Source: a virus (Duplodnaviria > Heunggongvirae > Uroviricota > Caudoviricetes). From it: a stretch of 64,000 nt of DNA. Shown in pieces: positions 36,862 through 47,080 of the stretch (position 1 is its first letter; every line of letters begins with the position of its first letter). Below the pieces are notes generated by a model, which had not been told where the DNA came from, made no database searches, and saw only the letters and a list, made by a program, of their open reading frames with translations. The position numbers and the translations under genes were made by a program. The stretch is taken from the IMG/VR virus record IMGVR_UViG_3300021387_000529, positions 1-64,000 of that record. One strand, given 5' to 3'.

Positions 36862-38418
36862 ATGCAAGTTGAATTAGATGAGAATGGAGAAAAATTTAAG
36901 AAGTCTCTTGATATTATGAAACAGTTTGTAAATCAAACTGATAAAAATATCGCTTTTGTGCCAGACCCAACAGGAGCTGCTCAAATTCTTGCTGGTGCAA
37001 AAGTGATAGCAGCTTCTAAACAAGCATCAGACTTAAAAAAGACTGTAAAAAATATTAAAGAATTATCTGACGAATATTCATCTACAAAAAAAGAATTAAA
37101 AGACTTGCTTGATGAAGACTATGACTTTTTCACATTAAAAGGCGATAATTCATCATATGCAGACGCTATGAAAAAGACATTTGAAGAAGGTCTTGTAAAA
37201 GTCAATGGAAATTGGATTTCTATGAAAAAATGGTGGACTGATGGATGGGATGACTACTTTGACAGTGTAAAAGATGGCGCATCAAAAATTTTGGATGAGT
37301 TAAATCCATTCAAGGACTTGTCTACTGCAGAGTGGACTCTTACTGTAAAAGCATATAAGAATATAATTGCAGAAAAATACAAGAAGTCTAATGATAAACT
37401 AAAGAAAATTAAAAAAACTTATTTTAAAGGTTTTTCTCTTGAAGAAGATTTCAACATTTCTGAAGCATTCGGCAATAAATATGCATCTAATTTCTTTTAT
37501 GTGTCTGATGCTGCAAAATATAAGCTATTGAGACAAAAAAACCTTGATAAGTTATTTTCGCATGTTAAAATAAAGAAGCCTTCTAAACTTACGCAGAAGA
37601 AAGCTCCTTCAGAAACACAAATAGACGAAACAATAAAAAATACAAATGCAGAAATAAAAAATAAAATTATCTATGAGTTTGAAACATACAAATACAACAG
37701 AAAAACTCGAACTCAAACAGGAACAGAATTTGAAAAAATTTTAGCATCAGGTGCAGATTTTATTCCAAACCATTATGATGCTGCTTTCTATTGGAATGAT
37801 TCTACAAATACTCTTAATGAGTTTGTAAGAATTAAAAATGTTAAAACTTCTCGAGATATTGCATTTTTAAGTCCTTCAGGATTTGCTGTTCGTATGACTG
37901 GAATTACAATACCACAATTGAAAAATAAAGCATTTGATGTAAATGGTGTTTCACATGGAATAAAAAAACTAAGTTCATCACATGAGATTACTAAGAAAAC
38001 ATCTTTTAATTTTAGACTTGATACTGATGTTGCGTGGCTTAAATTATTTGGACAGCTTATTGGAGAAAATAATTTCTATGAAGGAACAATCAATGATAAA
38101 GAAAAATTTGTGACTGTATTTGCGAATAGTTTTTCTTCTGGTAATATAAATGATAGACATTTATGTTTAGCAATTAAGCTTGGAAACTTACGTGAGTTTG
38201 AAAAATATTATAGGGTAATTGTATTTGAAGATGTTAAAATAACTGGAACAGACAACTTAAAATTCTCTTCAGAAGGTGGAATTGCTGAAATGGGAATTGA
38301 GTTTATCTATAGAAGCTCTAAAATCTATAGAGTTGGAAAAGAAGACCGTAGTCTTGGAATGTTAAAAGATGGCGGTTATTTAGATACACATAAGGCTTTG
38401 TATGAAATATGGACATGA
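36862..38418 (+). CDS. Tail-tube-fold (gp19/gp48/gp54-like) protein
   Basis: C-terminal half has RMTGITIP...SFNFRLD...IVFEDVKITG...LKFS pattern, paralogous to the next two ORFs. Confidence 0.5.
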   Translation: MQVELDENGEKFKKSLDIMKQFVNQTDKNIAFVPDPTGAAQILAGAKVIAASKQASDLKKTVKNIKELSDEYSSTKKELKDLLDEDYDFFTLKGDNSSYADAMKKTFEEGLVKVNGNWISMKKWWTDGWDDYFDSVKDGASKILDELNPFKDLSTAEWTLTVKAYKNIIAEKYKKSNDKLKKIKKTYFKGFSLEEDFNISEAFGNKYASNFFYVSDAAKYKLLRQKNLDKLFSHVKIKKPSKLTQKKAPSETQIDETIKNTNAEIKNKIIYEFETYKYNRKTRTQTGTEFEKILASGADFIPNHYDAAFYWNDSTNTLNEFVRIKNVKTSRDIAFLSPSGFAVRMTGITIPQLKNKAFDVNGVSHGIKKLSSSHEITKKTSFNFRLDTDVAWLKLFGQLIGENNFYEGTINDKEKFVTVFANSFSSGNINDRHLCLAIKLGNLREFEKYYRVIVFEDVKITGTDNLKFSSEGGIAEMGIEFIYRSSKIYRVGKEDRSLGMLKDGGYLDTHKALYEIWT

Positions 38419-39701
38419 AAAAAATTATTGAAAATATGGTTGTTGTAAAACCGTTAAAATCTCATTTCTCTATTGAAAAAGAATTAAAGTCTATGCAAGA
38501 CTCACTCGATAAAGCAGTTTTACTTCAAAAGATTTTGACTTCAAAAAATAATCCATCTTTTGAAATTAAAGCTTTAGAAAAACCGAAAAATGCAGATGCC
38601 TCAAAAATATTAAAAGACTTGAAAAGAAAGAATAGAATTGCTGGGCTAAACTCAGTTGGAAATTCACTTCAAAGAAATAATCTTATAAAAAAGATTGCTT
38701 ATGAAACGACATACTTGCCAGTTTCAGGCGCATTCGGTGCTTTATCAGATGATTTTGAAGAGCTTATCAACTCAACAACATATTTGCGAGTTTCAGGCGC
38801 ATTTGGAGCATTTGCTGATAATGTTGAAGACATGGTTAAATGGATTGAAGACGTTTTATCTGGAAGAAAAAATAATGTAATTAATAAATTAAGTAAAGTC
38901 TTATTTGGTGAAGATGTAGATGTAGGATTTGGAACACAGATAAATGATGGCAGTGGAATTTATAGTAAACACGTTTCTGTTGATGCTCCAATAAAAAATT
39001 CAAAAACTCCACAAATACAGTCTATTCTCAAAGCAGGTGCTGACTTTCTAAAAAACTTTTTTGAAGTTTCATTTGTATTTAGAGATAGAGATGCTCCAGA
39101 ACGTTTTGACACATTAATGCTTACACGTACTGGCTCAATTGAAATTCCACGTTTGAAAGCAAAAACATTTACAGTAAAAACGATAAATGGTTCTGTTGAA
39201 AAAATTGCTTCACAGCTTCAAGGAACATATGAAACAACGCTTGACTTACGTATAGACCAAGACTGTTATATTCTTGATAAGTTTAGTGAAATTGGCGGTA
39301 TATGGCAATTTAATGAGCCAAGAGTTTTTCCTGCATCTTCTATTTTTATGAATGACAGTATAAATATAAATAGAAGACATAGACTTGACATTGTTGTAAA
39401 AGAAATTTCTGGATTTGAGCATAGAAAAATTGGCCTTACTGGCGCAGATAAAAGTGAAGTAAACCAATTTAAAGGAGTATATGCACATAAATTAAAGAGT
39501 AAATATGACACAAATAAAGTGAATACTCCAAATGTTAGATTGAATGAAACAGAGGTTTCTGAATGGGTACTTGAAGACGTTCGAATAGTTGGAATTTCTG
39601 ATATAAATTATTCTTTTGACCAAACTTCGCCTCCAAATATCCAATTACAGCTTACTATGAAAAGCGTGTTCCATAGAACTGGAACTAATTATATGTTATG
39701 A
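38409..39701 (+). CDS. Tail-tube-fold protein (paralogue of 36862)
   Basis: Shares ILxxGADF, RTGSIEIP, LRID, VLEDVRIVG. Confidence 0.5.
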   Translation: MDMKKIIENMVVVKPLKSHFSIEKELKSMQDSLDKAVLLQKILTSKNNPSFEIKALEKPKNADASKILKDLKRKNRIAGLNSVGNSLQRNNLIKKIAYETTYLPVSGAFGALSDDFEELINSTTYLRVSGAFGAFADNVEDMVKWIEDVLSGRKNNVINKLSKVLFGEDVDVGFGTQINDGSGIYSKHVSVDAPIKNSKTPQIQSILKAGADFLKNFFEVSFVFRDRDAPERFDTLMLTRTGSIEIPRLKAKTFTVKTINGSVEKIASQLQGTYETTLDLRIDQDCYILDKFSEIGGIWQFNEPRVFPASSIFMNDSININRRHRLDIVVKEISGFEHRKIGLTGADKSEVNQFKGVYAHKLKSKYDTNKVNTPNVRLNETEVSEWVLEDVRIVGISDINYSFDQTSPPNIQLQLTMKSVFHRTGTNYML

Positions 39702-40540
39702 TATTAGGCAATAAAGACATTAGTAAAGGCGGCTGGAATTTTCAACCTTTAGGAACACAAGCAGAAATAGACAGCTTTTTTAGAAGGTTTGAAAATGAGC
39801 AAGAAAATTACATTTTTGATATAGAGCCTCAATCACAAAATTTATTTTTTATTGCAAATTTTTCAGAAAGTATAAGCGAAAAAGACGATGACTCTATAAA
39901 AGAATTATATAATGCTCATATGAGATGTCGTTCAATTGAATTGCCTCGTTTGACATTTGACTATGAAACAGACGAGATGACAAAAATGCCTATTTTTAAA
40001 AGTGGAAAGTTTAGTTATGAAATCACTATAAATTGGATGGAAGACGTTTACCATTCTATATACCATTACCATGAAAATTGGATGGCTCGTTGGTATAATT
40101 ATCAATATAATGTTTTACGTTGTGGCCAATCTGGTAAATTCAGAAAATGCCAATTAGTTGCATATCATTATAAAAAGACTGAAGATGTATTTAATCCTGA
40201 TGTTGAAGCTGAGCCATTGTATATTATTAACATTTACGGTATGGTTCCACGTGAACTTCCATCAATCAAACATTCATATGATGAAGACCAGGGCGACCAA
40301 AATTTAACAATACAATATTATTGTTCTAAATTTGAGATTTTATTCAATAGTAAGTTTACATCAAAAGATGATAGTAATTTTGCAAAAGGAAGCGATGCTG
40401 ATACGAAGTCAACTCCTGGTGAGATTTGGGGCCCATCATTAAGCTCTAACCAAGTAAATGACTCTCAGACATATGAAAAACTTAGAATTTCTCGAGCTCT
40501 TACTCAGAGATATGGACCAACACAATTGGAGACTGTATAA
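39698..40540 (+). CDS. Tail tube/baseplate junction protein (gp54/gp19-like)
   Basis: RCRSIELP...ITINWMED...W...IYGMVPREL. Confidence 0.55.
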   Translation: MILGNKDISKGGWNFQPLGTQAEIDSFFRRFENEQENYIFDIEPQSQNLFFIANFSESISEKDDDSIKELYNAHMRCRSIELPRLTFDYETDEMTKMPIFKSGKFSYEITINWMEDVYHSIYHYHENWMARWYNYQYNVLRCGQSGKFRKCQLVAYHYKKTEDVFNPDVEAEPLYIINIYGMVPRELPSIKHSYDEDQGDQNLTIQYYCSKFEILFNSKFTSKDDSNFAKGSDADTKSTPGEIWGPSLSSNQVNDSQTYEKLRISRALTQRYGPTQLETV

Positions 40541-40543
40541 AAT

Positions 40544-41002
40544 ATGATAAATACACTTTTAAAGAAGACTGAGAAACTCTTAGAAGAGCCACAAGGAATA
40601 ATTAATTTTATTGATATAGACTATAAATTGCTTGAAGACCCAGATGACCCATACACAACATCTACACGTAAGATGGTTGAAAGAAATTTTGAAGCAATTT
40701 TAAATCCATTTAGAATGTGGCTTCAATCTAAAAAGACAGATTATATTCGCCAAAAAGATTGGGGTGGGCTATTCCAATATCAATTGAATGATAGAGTTAG
40801 ACTTCATCCAAATAATGAAGAAACTGTACGTGAGTTGATAGTCTCACAAGCTGAAGAAAAGTTTCCAGAATTGAGTATTGTTGACTGCAAGGTTGAAGCT
40901 GACGTTCCAAACAGAAATTGGAAAGTTGACATAATAGTTCAAGATAAATACTCAAATGGTATTGGACAAATAAAAGAAAACATTTCTGCAGGAGATGAAT
41001 AA
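40544..41002 (+). CDS. Baseplate wedge subunit, gp25/GPW-like
   Basis: R..DWGG.F..QL...FPELSIVDCKV...RNWKVDI. Confidence 0.7.
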   Translation: MINTLLKKTEKLLEEPQGIINFIDIDYKLLEDPDDPYTTSTRKMVERNFEAILNPFRMWLQSKKTDYIRQKDWGGLFQYQLNDRVRLHPNNEETVRELIVSQAEEKFPELSIVDCKVEADVPNRNWKVDIIVQDKYSNGIGQIKENISAGDE

Positions 41003-41418
41003 TGAAATATGATGAATTGAAAAGAACTGAAACTGGATATTTAGCTTCTAACAGTAAAACTTTTCGTGAATACGGAAAAGTTTTAAAATATTTAAAAGAT
41101 AGATATGACTCATATTCTCAGAATTGTACTTCAGACGAAATACTTTTTTCAGACATTGCTCATGAATATATTGAAAAACAAAAACATGAAATGATGTTTG
41201 TCAGTGATAAAACTAACTACAAGTTACGCATTCGCTATGCATCACAATTTATAAATAAAGACTTTGTTTCAAGAAGCACTGTTGAAAAACTTCTTAAAAA
41301 TTATAATGGAAATTATGAATTTGATGAAATAAATGAGTTTTTAAAGTCTCATTATTTATATTCAAAAATTCGCCCAGAAATTATTGAAACAATTATAGCT
41401 GCTCAGCGTGGGCATTAA
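41002..41418 (+). CDS. Hypothetical protein
   Basis: Translationally coupled ORF. Confidence 0.65.
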   Translation: MKYDELKRTETGYLASNSKTFREYGKVLKYLKDRYDSYSQNCTSDEILFSDIAHEYIEKQKHEMMFVSDKTNYKLRIRYASQFINKDFVSRSTVEKLLKNYNGNYEFDEINEFLKSHYLYSKIRPEIIETIIAAQRGH

Positions 41419-41534
41419 AATTATCTGCTGTTTTTATAAGCTCGTCTTTAATGTCCTCTATTCGCGCCTTTAATACTTTTTGTGAAGGGCAATTTTCTAA
41501 TAATGAATAAAAAATTTCTAAAAAAGTTATGAAA

Positions 41535-41996
41535 TTATTGTCTGGCATCTTGGACTTCCTCACTATGAGCATCCAAGAATTTTTGGTACTCTGATAATTC
41601 AGTGATAAATCTATTCAATTTTGAACAATTTATTCCATATTTAACATTCGTTCCACCTTCTTCATCATTTATGATTTCTTTAATCTCATCCCAAGATTTG
41701 TTTTTCAAAAACTTATAATAATAACTGATTGACAATTTAACAGTGTCTTTAAATTCTTCAATCGATGGGAACGAAATTGTTGTGCCATTCATAATGTCAA
41801 TAAGGTCTACAAATGCATCCAATCCAAAATAGTTGTATAGTTCAACAAGCTTGAGGCTATTTTTATTCTTCATCGAGTTTTTGAGCATCGCAAGCTTGAT
41901 AATATCTTTTATTACTTTGACGTTTGGCCTATCAGCTGTTGCTTCATTCATCTTCTTTCTAAAAAGAGACTTTTCTTCATCAAATAATTTTTCCAT
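41535..41996 (-). CDS. Mor/C-like transcription regulator
   Basis: GLDAFVDLIDIMNGTTISFPS resembles the Mor dimerisation motif (L...GG..hYhP). Confidence 0.5.
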   Translation of the reverse strand: MEKLFDEEKSLFRKKMNEATADRPNVKVIKDIIKLAMLKNSMKNKNSLKLVELYNYFGLDAFVDLIDIMNGTTISFPSIEEFKDTVKLSISYYYKFLKNKSWDEIKEIINDEEGGTNVKYGINCSKLNRFITELSEYQKFLDAHSEEVQDARQ

Positions 41997-42027
41997 ATTA
42001 AAATAGTCACAAATCTTTAAAAGTAAC

Positions 42028-42122
42028 TTACCTGTTTAAATAATCTTTAAAAGGGTAAGCAAAAGTTCCCCTAATGATTTTAAATTATATAATAGTAATA
42101 GATAAATTCTATAAAAAATTTA
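42028..42122. repeat. ~95-bp intergenic repeat, copy 2
   Basis: Matches 16716-16812 in the same orientation. Confidence 0.9.
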
Positions 42123-42131
42123 TTAATCTTT

Positions 42132-42161
42132 TTGAATAAATACAGAATTTTTCATATATTA
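42132..42161 (+). promoter_or_regulatory. Putative early promoter TTGAA-N15-TCATATATTA
   Basis: Recurrent motif. Confidence 0.75.
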
Positions 42162-42195
42162 TAAATGTAAATAACAATAATTCAGAGAGGAAATC

Positions 42196-43098
42196 ATGGC
42201 AAAAGCTAAGAGATACAAGACATTGACCCCACCAACACCGGTTTTACCGCCTGAATATGTAGCAAAAGGCTACAAGCTCAATGGTGAGGTATTGCCAAAA
42301 CTTGCTGAAGAAATGCTGTACAATTGTGCTCGATATTATGAGCATGAAATTTACTGGGAAAAAATCCTCAAAACTGGAAACTTTATCCAGTGTCTCAAAC
42401 CTGAACTTACAGAAAATCAGAAAAAGCTCAACTTCCCTGCTGATTATGTTAAGCTCTTCAAACAGATGCAGGCTGACCAGGCAGTTGAAAAAGAAGAAAA
42501 AGCTGCTTACAGAAAAGAGCATCGTGCTGAAATCAAAAAAGAAAATGACGAAAAGAAAGCGAAATACGGAAATGCAATTGTTGATGGTGTAGCTATTCCA
42601 GTTGCTTTTCAGGTTGAAGCTCCTTCAATGATTATCACACGTGGTGAAGACCCTCGCTTTGGTTGCTGGAAATATCGTGTTCGTGAAGAAGACATTACTT
42701 TGAATTGTGTGAATGGAACAGTTCCTGCAGGCTTCAAAGGTAAAGTTGAAAAATCACCAACTTCACAGTGGGTTATGAAATACAAGCAGCAGTGTGGAAG
42801 ACCTGAAATGAAGACTGCAATGCAGCTTCCAAAAAAAGTCAATCTTGGTGGCGCAATTGCTGAGAAAAACATCGAGAAGAAATTTGACAAGACCTTTGAA
42901 GTTATCAAAGACTACAAGAATATCGAACAGCACATTCTTGAAGGCATCAAGTCTTCTGACCCAGCTCGAAAACAGGCTGCACTTTGTGCATGGCTGATTG
43001 CTGAAACAGGTATTCGTGTCGGAAATGAACGTGACCTTTCAAAATTTGCGGACACCGTTGGCGCATCAACTCTTAAAAAAGAGAATTTCAAGTTTTAA
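42196..43098 (+). CDS. Eukaryote/thaumarchaeal-type DNA topoisomerase IB, N-terminal core only (lacks catalytic C-terminal half)
   Basis: PPEY, AEE, KYG..VDG, VEAP...RG.DP..G..K.R..EDITLN, KFDK, IRVGNE...ADTVGASTLK, then stop. Confidence 0.85.
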   Translation: MAKAKRYKTLTPPTPVLPPEYVAKGYKLNGEVLPKLAEEMLYNCARYYEHEIYWEKILKTGNFIQCLKPELTENQKKLNFPADYVKLFKQMQADQAVEKEEKAAYRKEHRAEIKKENDEKKAKYGNAIVDGVAIPVAFQVEAPSMIITRGEDPRFGCWKYRVREEDITLNCVNGTVPAGFKGKVEKSPTSQWVMKYKQQCGRPEMKTAMQLPKKVNLGGAIAEKNIEKKFDKTFEVIKDYKNIEQHILEGIKSSDPARKQAALCAWLIAETGIRVGNERDLSKFADTVGASTLKKENFKF

Positions 43099-43108
43099 GG
43101 AAGAAAAT

Positions 43109-43780
43109 ATGGCAAAATATCAAAGAGTATCAAACCTTGACTTTACCAAACAGATTGGCTTGGTTAAAAATTATTGTGCTGAACTTCCATTTTGGAATAC
43201 AATTTCTGATAAACTTAAAAAGAATTTAATTGTAACAATTCTTGACAGAGTTTTGGTAGACCAGTCTTTTACACTTGAAAAGGTTTCTGGAACTCTTGAA
43301 AAGTTTTCAAACTTTTCAACAAGAATTATGGAAAATGACGGGCTGCTTGGCATTACTTGTGAACATAAAATTCCTTGCGGTTCTGAAATTATCTATATTT
43401 TCGGCAGCCTTGACCTTGAGTCTAATTATGCTGAAGCATTAAAAATATACGACTCTGGAATTGCTTTCAAAAGTGTTCTTCCTGAGTTTCTGGAAGTAGA
43501 AAAACTTTACAAAAAAATTGGTAAAACATTCGCATGGTGGGACGTTACAGGAAGCTACCGAAAAAGATTAGGTCTTCCTTATAAGAGTTTTGATGAGTCT
43601 CATGCAGAGTGCTATGACTATGATGGAAATCTCATTGGATACGCAGCCATCAAATGGCATGGAAGAGGTTGGAAGTGGCCTTATGTGAGATTTGAAGATA
43701 CAGACTTCAAAGAACTTGGAACTATCAAGAAGTTTACTTCAAACAGTGACTATATGCTTTCAATTCTGGAGGTAGCATAA
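43109..43780 (+). CDS. Hypothetical protein
   Basis: ATG 43109 after TAAGGA. Confidence 0.7.
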   Translation: MAKYQRVSNLDFTKQIGLVKNYCAELPFWNTISDKLKKNLIVTILDRVLVDQSFTLEKVSGTLEKFSNFSTRIMENDGLLGITCEHKIPCGSEIIYIFGSLDLESNYAEALKIYDSGIAFKSVLPEFLEVEKLYKKIGKTFAWWDVTGSYRKRLGLPYKSFDESHAECYDYDGNLIGYAAIKWHGRGWKWPYVRFEDTDFKELGTIKKFTSNSDYMLSILEVA

Positions 43781-43781
43781 A

Positions 43782-44099
43782 ATGAAAAAATTTATTTTAA
43801 TATTGATTGCATCAATCATTTTCACAAGTTGTAATGCACCTATTGAAGTTAAAGTTGTAGATGTTTCATCAGACAAAGCAGAACTTGGAGCTACTTTTAT
43901 AGATTTCTTTGACCCTGTTGAACTTGTACATATCAGTAGAGATGAGTGCTCTGCCGCAATTGTAATGGATAAAAATACTGGCGTACTCTATGTTCTGAAA
44001 GATGCTGGATATCAGTGGGGTATGTCTCCTATATATGATTCAGATGGTTCAGTTTTGACAAAAGAAAAGTGGCTTACAAAATACACTGCTAAAAAATAA
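43782..44099 (+). CDS. Lipoprotein, DUF6440-like
   Basis: Lipobox IFTSC; DKNTGVLY...G.SPIYDSDG. Confidence 0.65.
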   Translation: MKKFILILIASIIFTSCNAPIEVKVVDVSSDKAELGATFIDFFDPVELVHISRDECSAAIVMDKNTGVLYVLKDAGYQWGMSPIYDSDGSVLTKEKWLTKYTAKK

Positions 44100-44116
44100 G
44101 GAAATGGAGATAAATA

Positions 44117-44329
44117 ATGCAAAAAGCAATTGCAACTGTATACATTCCTGAAACATGGACTACAAAAGCTGAGTTCAACACCAGCATTAAGTTTGAACAA
44201 GTTAAGAAAGAAGCAACAGACCTTCTTGCAAAAAGAATGCAACAAGACGGTATGATTGTCAAGCAGATAACATCTCTTGTGTATGAAGGCGCAATTTGGA
44301 CTGGATATTTTTTAGTTAGAGAGGAATAA
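44117..44329 (+). CDS. Hypothetical protein
   Basis: GGAG RBS. Confidence 0.65.
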   Translation: MQKAIATVYIPETWTTKAEFNTSIKFEQVKKEATDLLAKRMQQDGMIVKQITSLVYEGAIWTGYFLVREE

Positions 44330-44331
44330 AA

Positions 44332-44937
44332 ATGGGAAGTAAACTTGTAAATATTTTCGCAGACTATGTAAACCGTGAATTGAAAGAAGAAAACATCCGC
44401 AACTTTGTAAACCGCGTTCTTGAAAAAGCTGATGATGCTAATGCAGAAAATCCTGCATCGTCAAGTGGAAAATACCACCCAGTCTCAGATATGGGACATG
44501 GTGGAAATGTGCGTCATTCTATTCTTGTTGCAGAAATTGCAAAGATTATGATGCGTGCTGACCCTTACTATGATGAAGAGTTCCATCGTGAAATTGTCAT
44601 TGCTTCATGTATTTTGCATGATATTTGCAAATACAAAAGTGAAGACACATCACACACTCAATTTGAACATGCGACTTTGGCTGCAGACCTTATTTCTGAG
44701 ACTGGAAAAGAAAGTAAAGACTATGCTCTTATTTCATTCTTGATTGCGAAAAATGTTGCAACTCATATGGGAAGATGGAACACAAGCAAATATTCTTCTG
44801 TTGAACTTCCAAAACCACATGACGAAGAACAGAAGCTTATTCATCTGGCAGACCTTATTTCAGCGAACAAAGACTTGCCAAACATCATTAATCTTTTTAC
44901 AAAAGCTGCTGAAGAGGAAATGAAAGATGGCAAATGA
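44332..44937 (+). CDS. HD-domain phosphohydrolase (YhaM-like HD)
   Basis: PASSSGKYH, GG..RHS, LHDICK, H.G.W, HLAD. Confidence 0.85.
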   Translation: MGSKLVNIFADYVNRELKEENIRNFVNRVLEKADDANAENPASSSGKYHPVSDMGHGGNVRHSILVAEIAKIMMRADPYYDEEFHREIVIASCILHDICKYKSEDTSHTQFEHATLAADLISETGKESKDYALISFLIAKNVATHMGRWNTSKYSSVELPKPHDEEQKLIHLADLISANKDLPNIINLFTKAAEEEMKDGK

Positions 44938-45409
44938 CAGAGTAAACCACCCATCTCACTATGAGAAAGGCGGTGGACATAAAGAATGTATTGACTTGTT
45001 GGCTGTAATGGTTGCTGGTTATGAAGGTATTGCTGCTGGTTGTATCATGCAGGCGAAGTATCTTTACAGAGCTGGCTCAAAAGGTGAAGCATCACTTTCG
45101 CAGGCACAAAAAACAATTGAAGATTTCAAGAAATTCCGATGGTATCTTGCTAAGTTTTATGAAACTGCAACAAATGCTATTTTTGATAGCGTAATATTCT
45201 TGCCGCTTGGTTGGGCATGTTCTGTCGACAAGACAGAAGCCCAGATTAACGAAATTGTAGATGAGTTTACATATGACAAGCCTGAGCTTATTCGTGAAGA
45301 CATGCGTGCGCTTTTGCGTTTGCTTCCGACATTGCATAAGTTTTCAGAAGTTGTTGATGCCGTAAAACTTGTAGATAACATTATTGAAAAGTTACAGCAA
45401 AACATATAA
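44927..45409 (+). CDS. DUF3310 family protein
   Basis: DRVNHPSHY...ECID...KYLYRAG.K...ED.KK.RWYL. Confidence 0.8.
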   Translation: MANDRVNHPSHYEKGGGHKECIDLLAVMVAGYEGIAAGCIMQAKYLYRAGSKGEASLSQAQKTIEDFKKFRWYLAKFYETATNAIFDSVIFLPLGWACSVDKTEAQINEIVDEFTYDKPELIREDMRALLRLLPTLHKFSEVVDAVKLVDNIIEKLQQNI

Positions 45410-45487
45410 TTTCCTTGCTTCAAAGGGACAAACATTTATTAAGTGTTTGTCCCTTTACTAATTAATCTATTAAGTGAGGAATTAAGT

Positions 45488-47080
45488 GTGAAAAACGTTA
45501 AAAGTGTAAAGAAATTTTCATTGCCAAAAATATCCCTCAAAAAGGGAAATCGGTACATCGACAATTCAACAATCTTGATAAGCGGAATTGTTTTTACTTG
45601 CATTTTGCTTTCAATCGCGTCTGGATTTATTGATCTGACCTTTTTCAGCGGTCTTTCAAAGTCAGTCTTACATTTAGCAACATTACCATTGCCAGCTGCT
45701 GTTTTATATACAATCATCTCAGTTGGTTTCATTTCAGGAAAGTTTTGGTGTGCTATGCAAATCGGTATGCTTCGTGAACTTCAAACACGTCTTGTTGCGC
45801 AAGGTTTGGCATGGGGCAATGACCTAAAAAAGGCTCGTATAGGTTGGCATATTGCACATAAATTCTTGATAGCTGTTTCTATTGTAACAGCTCTTTCATT
45901 GTCATTCAACTCAATTGGCGCTGGTATTCGTAGCATGGAACAGAATATTAAAAATATGGCAACTGATGTTGAGCAACTTGTAATGCTTCAAAAATCTGTT
46001 CGTGATGGTGTAAATGAAAACCGTGATGCGAAAAAAGACTCTATTTCAGGACAGAAAAATGCACAGAAAAGTGTCGTTGAGTCTTTTGAAGAGAAATGGA
46101 AATATGTTGTTGAATATCGTGCAAAACGTGAAGAATTAGACACAGAAGCAGAAGACTATAAAACACAACTTGCCAACTTGAAAAGACTTTATGTTTCAAA
46201 AGCTCCAGAAGGCGTAACACAATCAAATATTGACTGGATTGATGAATATACAGTTAAGAATAAACTTCTTGAAAACGCAAAGAAATTCGAGGTTATCGAC
46301 AGCTCATCTTATATTGAAGAGAGCATCGCATATGATAAGTCTGAGATTGAGTCAACTTTGAAAGCTTTGGCTGATAAAGAATACAGAACTCCAGATGGTG
46401 AATTGATTTCATTTGTAAAAAGTGATGGCTCATTGGTAGACATTCAGCTTGCGATTTCACGTTTACAAGCAGGAATTGCGCATTGGCAAAGTGATACTGG
46501 GGATGCTGGTGAAAGTTCAAAGATTTTCACATTGATGGCCGCATACATAAATGCTGATGCAAAAGCTGGTGGAATGGGAATTTCTGAATGGCTTATGGTG
46601 ATTTTCATCTTCTTAGCTGGTATCGTTCAGGAATATTTAATTTTCTTATTTACACCAAAAGCAACTATTGACCGTAAGCTTCTTTCACAAGTTTCACATT
46701 ATATGAAATGGAAGAGTGAAGAAGAAAAAGAGCGCTTCTTGATTTCGGTTTATATTTCATATGCTGGTGATGGTATTCTCAACCAAGATAGATTTGAAGC
46801 AAAATGTAAGAAGGCGGTTTATTTTATGGAATTGAACACAGATGATGTTATTGCAAAATATTCTTCTAAAAAGAAAGAGCACAAAATAACGCCAATCAAA
46901 GTTTCAACAATTCGTGACAAAGTTTATGAAGAAAATGCTTTGCCAAAAGTTGATATTGATGAGCCAATAGTAAATCCTGTAAAAATTGCAACGCGGTCTA
47001 ACCCAAGTGGAGAGCCACGCTATTCACCAAAAGTTGACCAAATTGTAAAAGAAATAGAAGAGGAGATTAAGAAAGCATGA
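45488..47080 (+). CDS. Multi-pass membrane protein with coiled-coil domain
   Basis: Three N-terminal TM segments, long helical loop, fourth TM; GTG 45488 after GAGGA. Confidence 0.7.
   Translation: MKNVKSVKKFSLPKISLKKGNRYIDNSTILISGIVFTCILLSIASGFIDLTFFSGLSKSVLHLATLPLPAAVLYTIISVGFISGKFWCAMQIGMLRELQTRLVAQGLAWGNDLKKARIGWHIAHKFLIAVSIVTALSLSFNSIGAGIRSMEQNIKNMATDVEQLVMLQKSVRDGVNENRDAKKDSISGQKNAQKSVVESFEEKWKYVVEYRAKREELDTEAEDYKTQLANLKRLYVSKAPEGVTQSNIDWIDEYTVKNKLLENAKKFEVIDSSSYIEESIAYDKSEIESTLKALADKEYRTPDGELISFVKSDGSLVDIQLAISRLQAGIAHWQSDTGDAGESSKIFTLMAAYINADAKAGGMGISEWLMVIFIFLAGIVQEYLIFLFTPKATIDRKLLSQVSHYMKWKSEEEKERFLISVYISYAGDGILNQDRFEAKCKKAVYFMELNTDDVIAKYSSKKKEHKITPIKVSTIRDKVYEENALPKVDIDEPIVNPVKIATRSNPSGEPRYSPKVDQIVKEIEEEIKKA

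Noticed and set aside
42998-43780. Frameshift continuation of TopIB into the overlapping ORF
   Set aside because: The downstream ORF has its own RBS and ATG at 43109 and none of the GKD, K.FRT, H or catalytic Tyr motifs.
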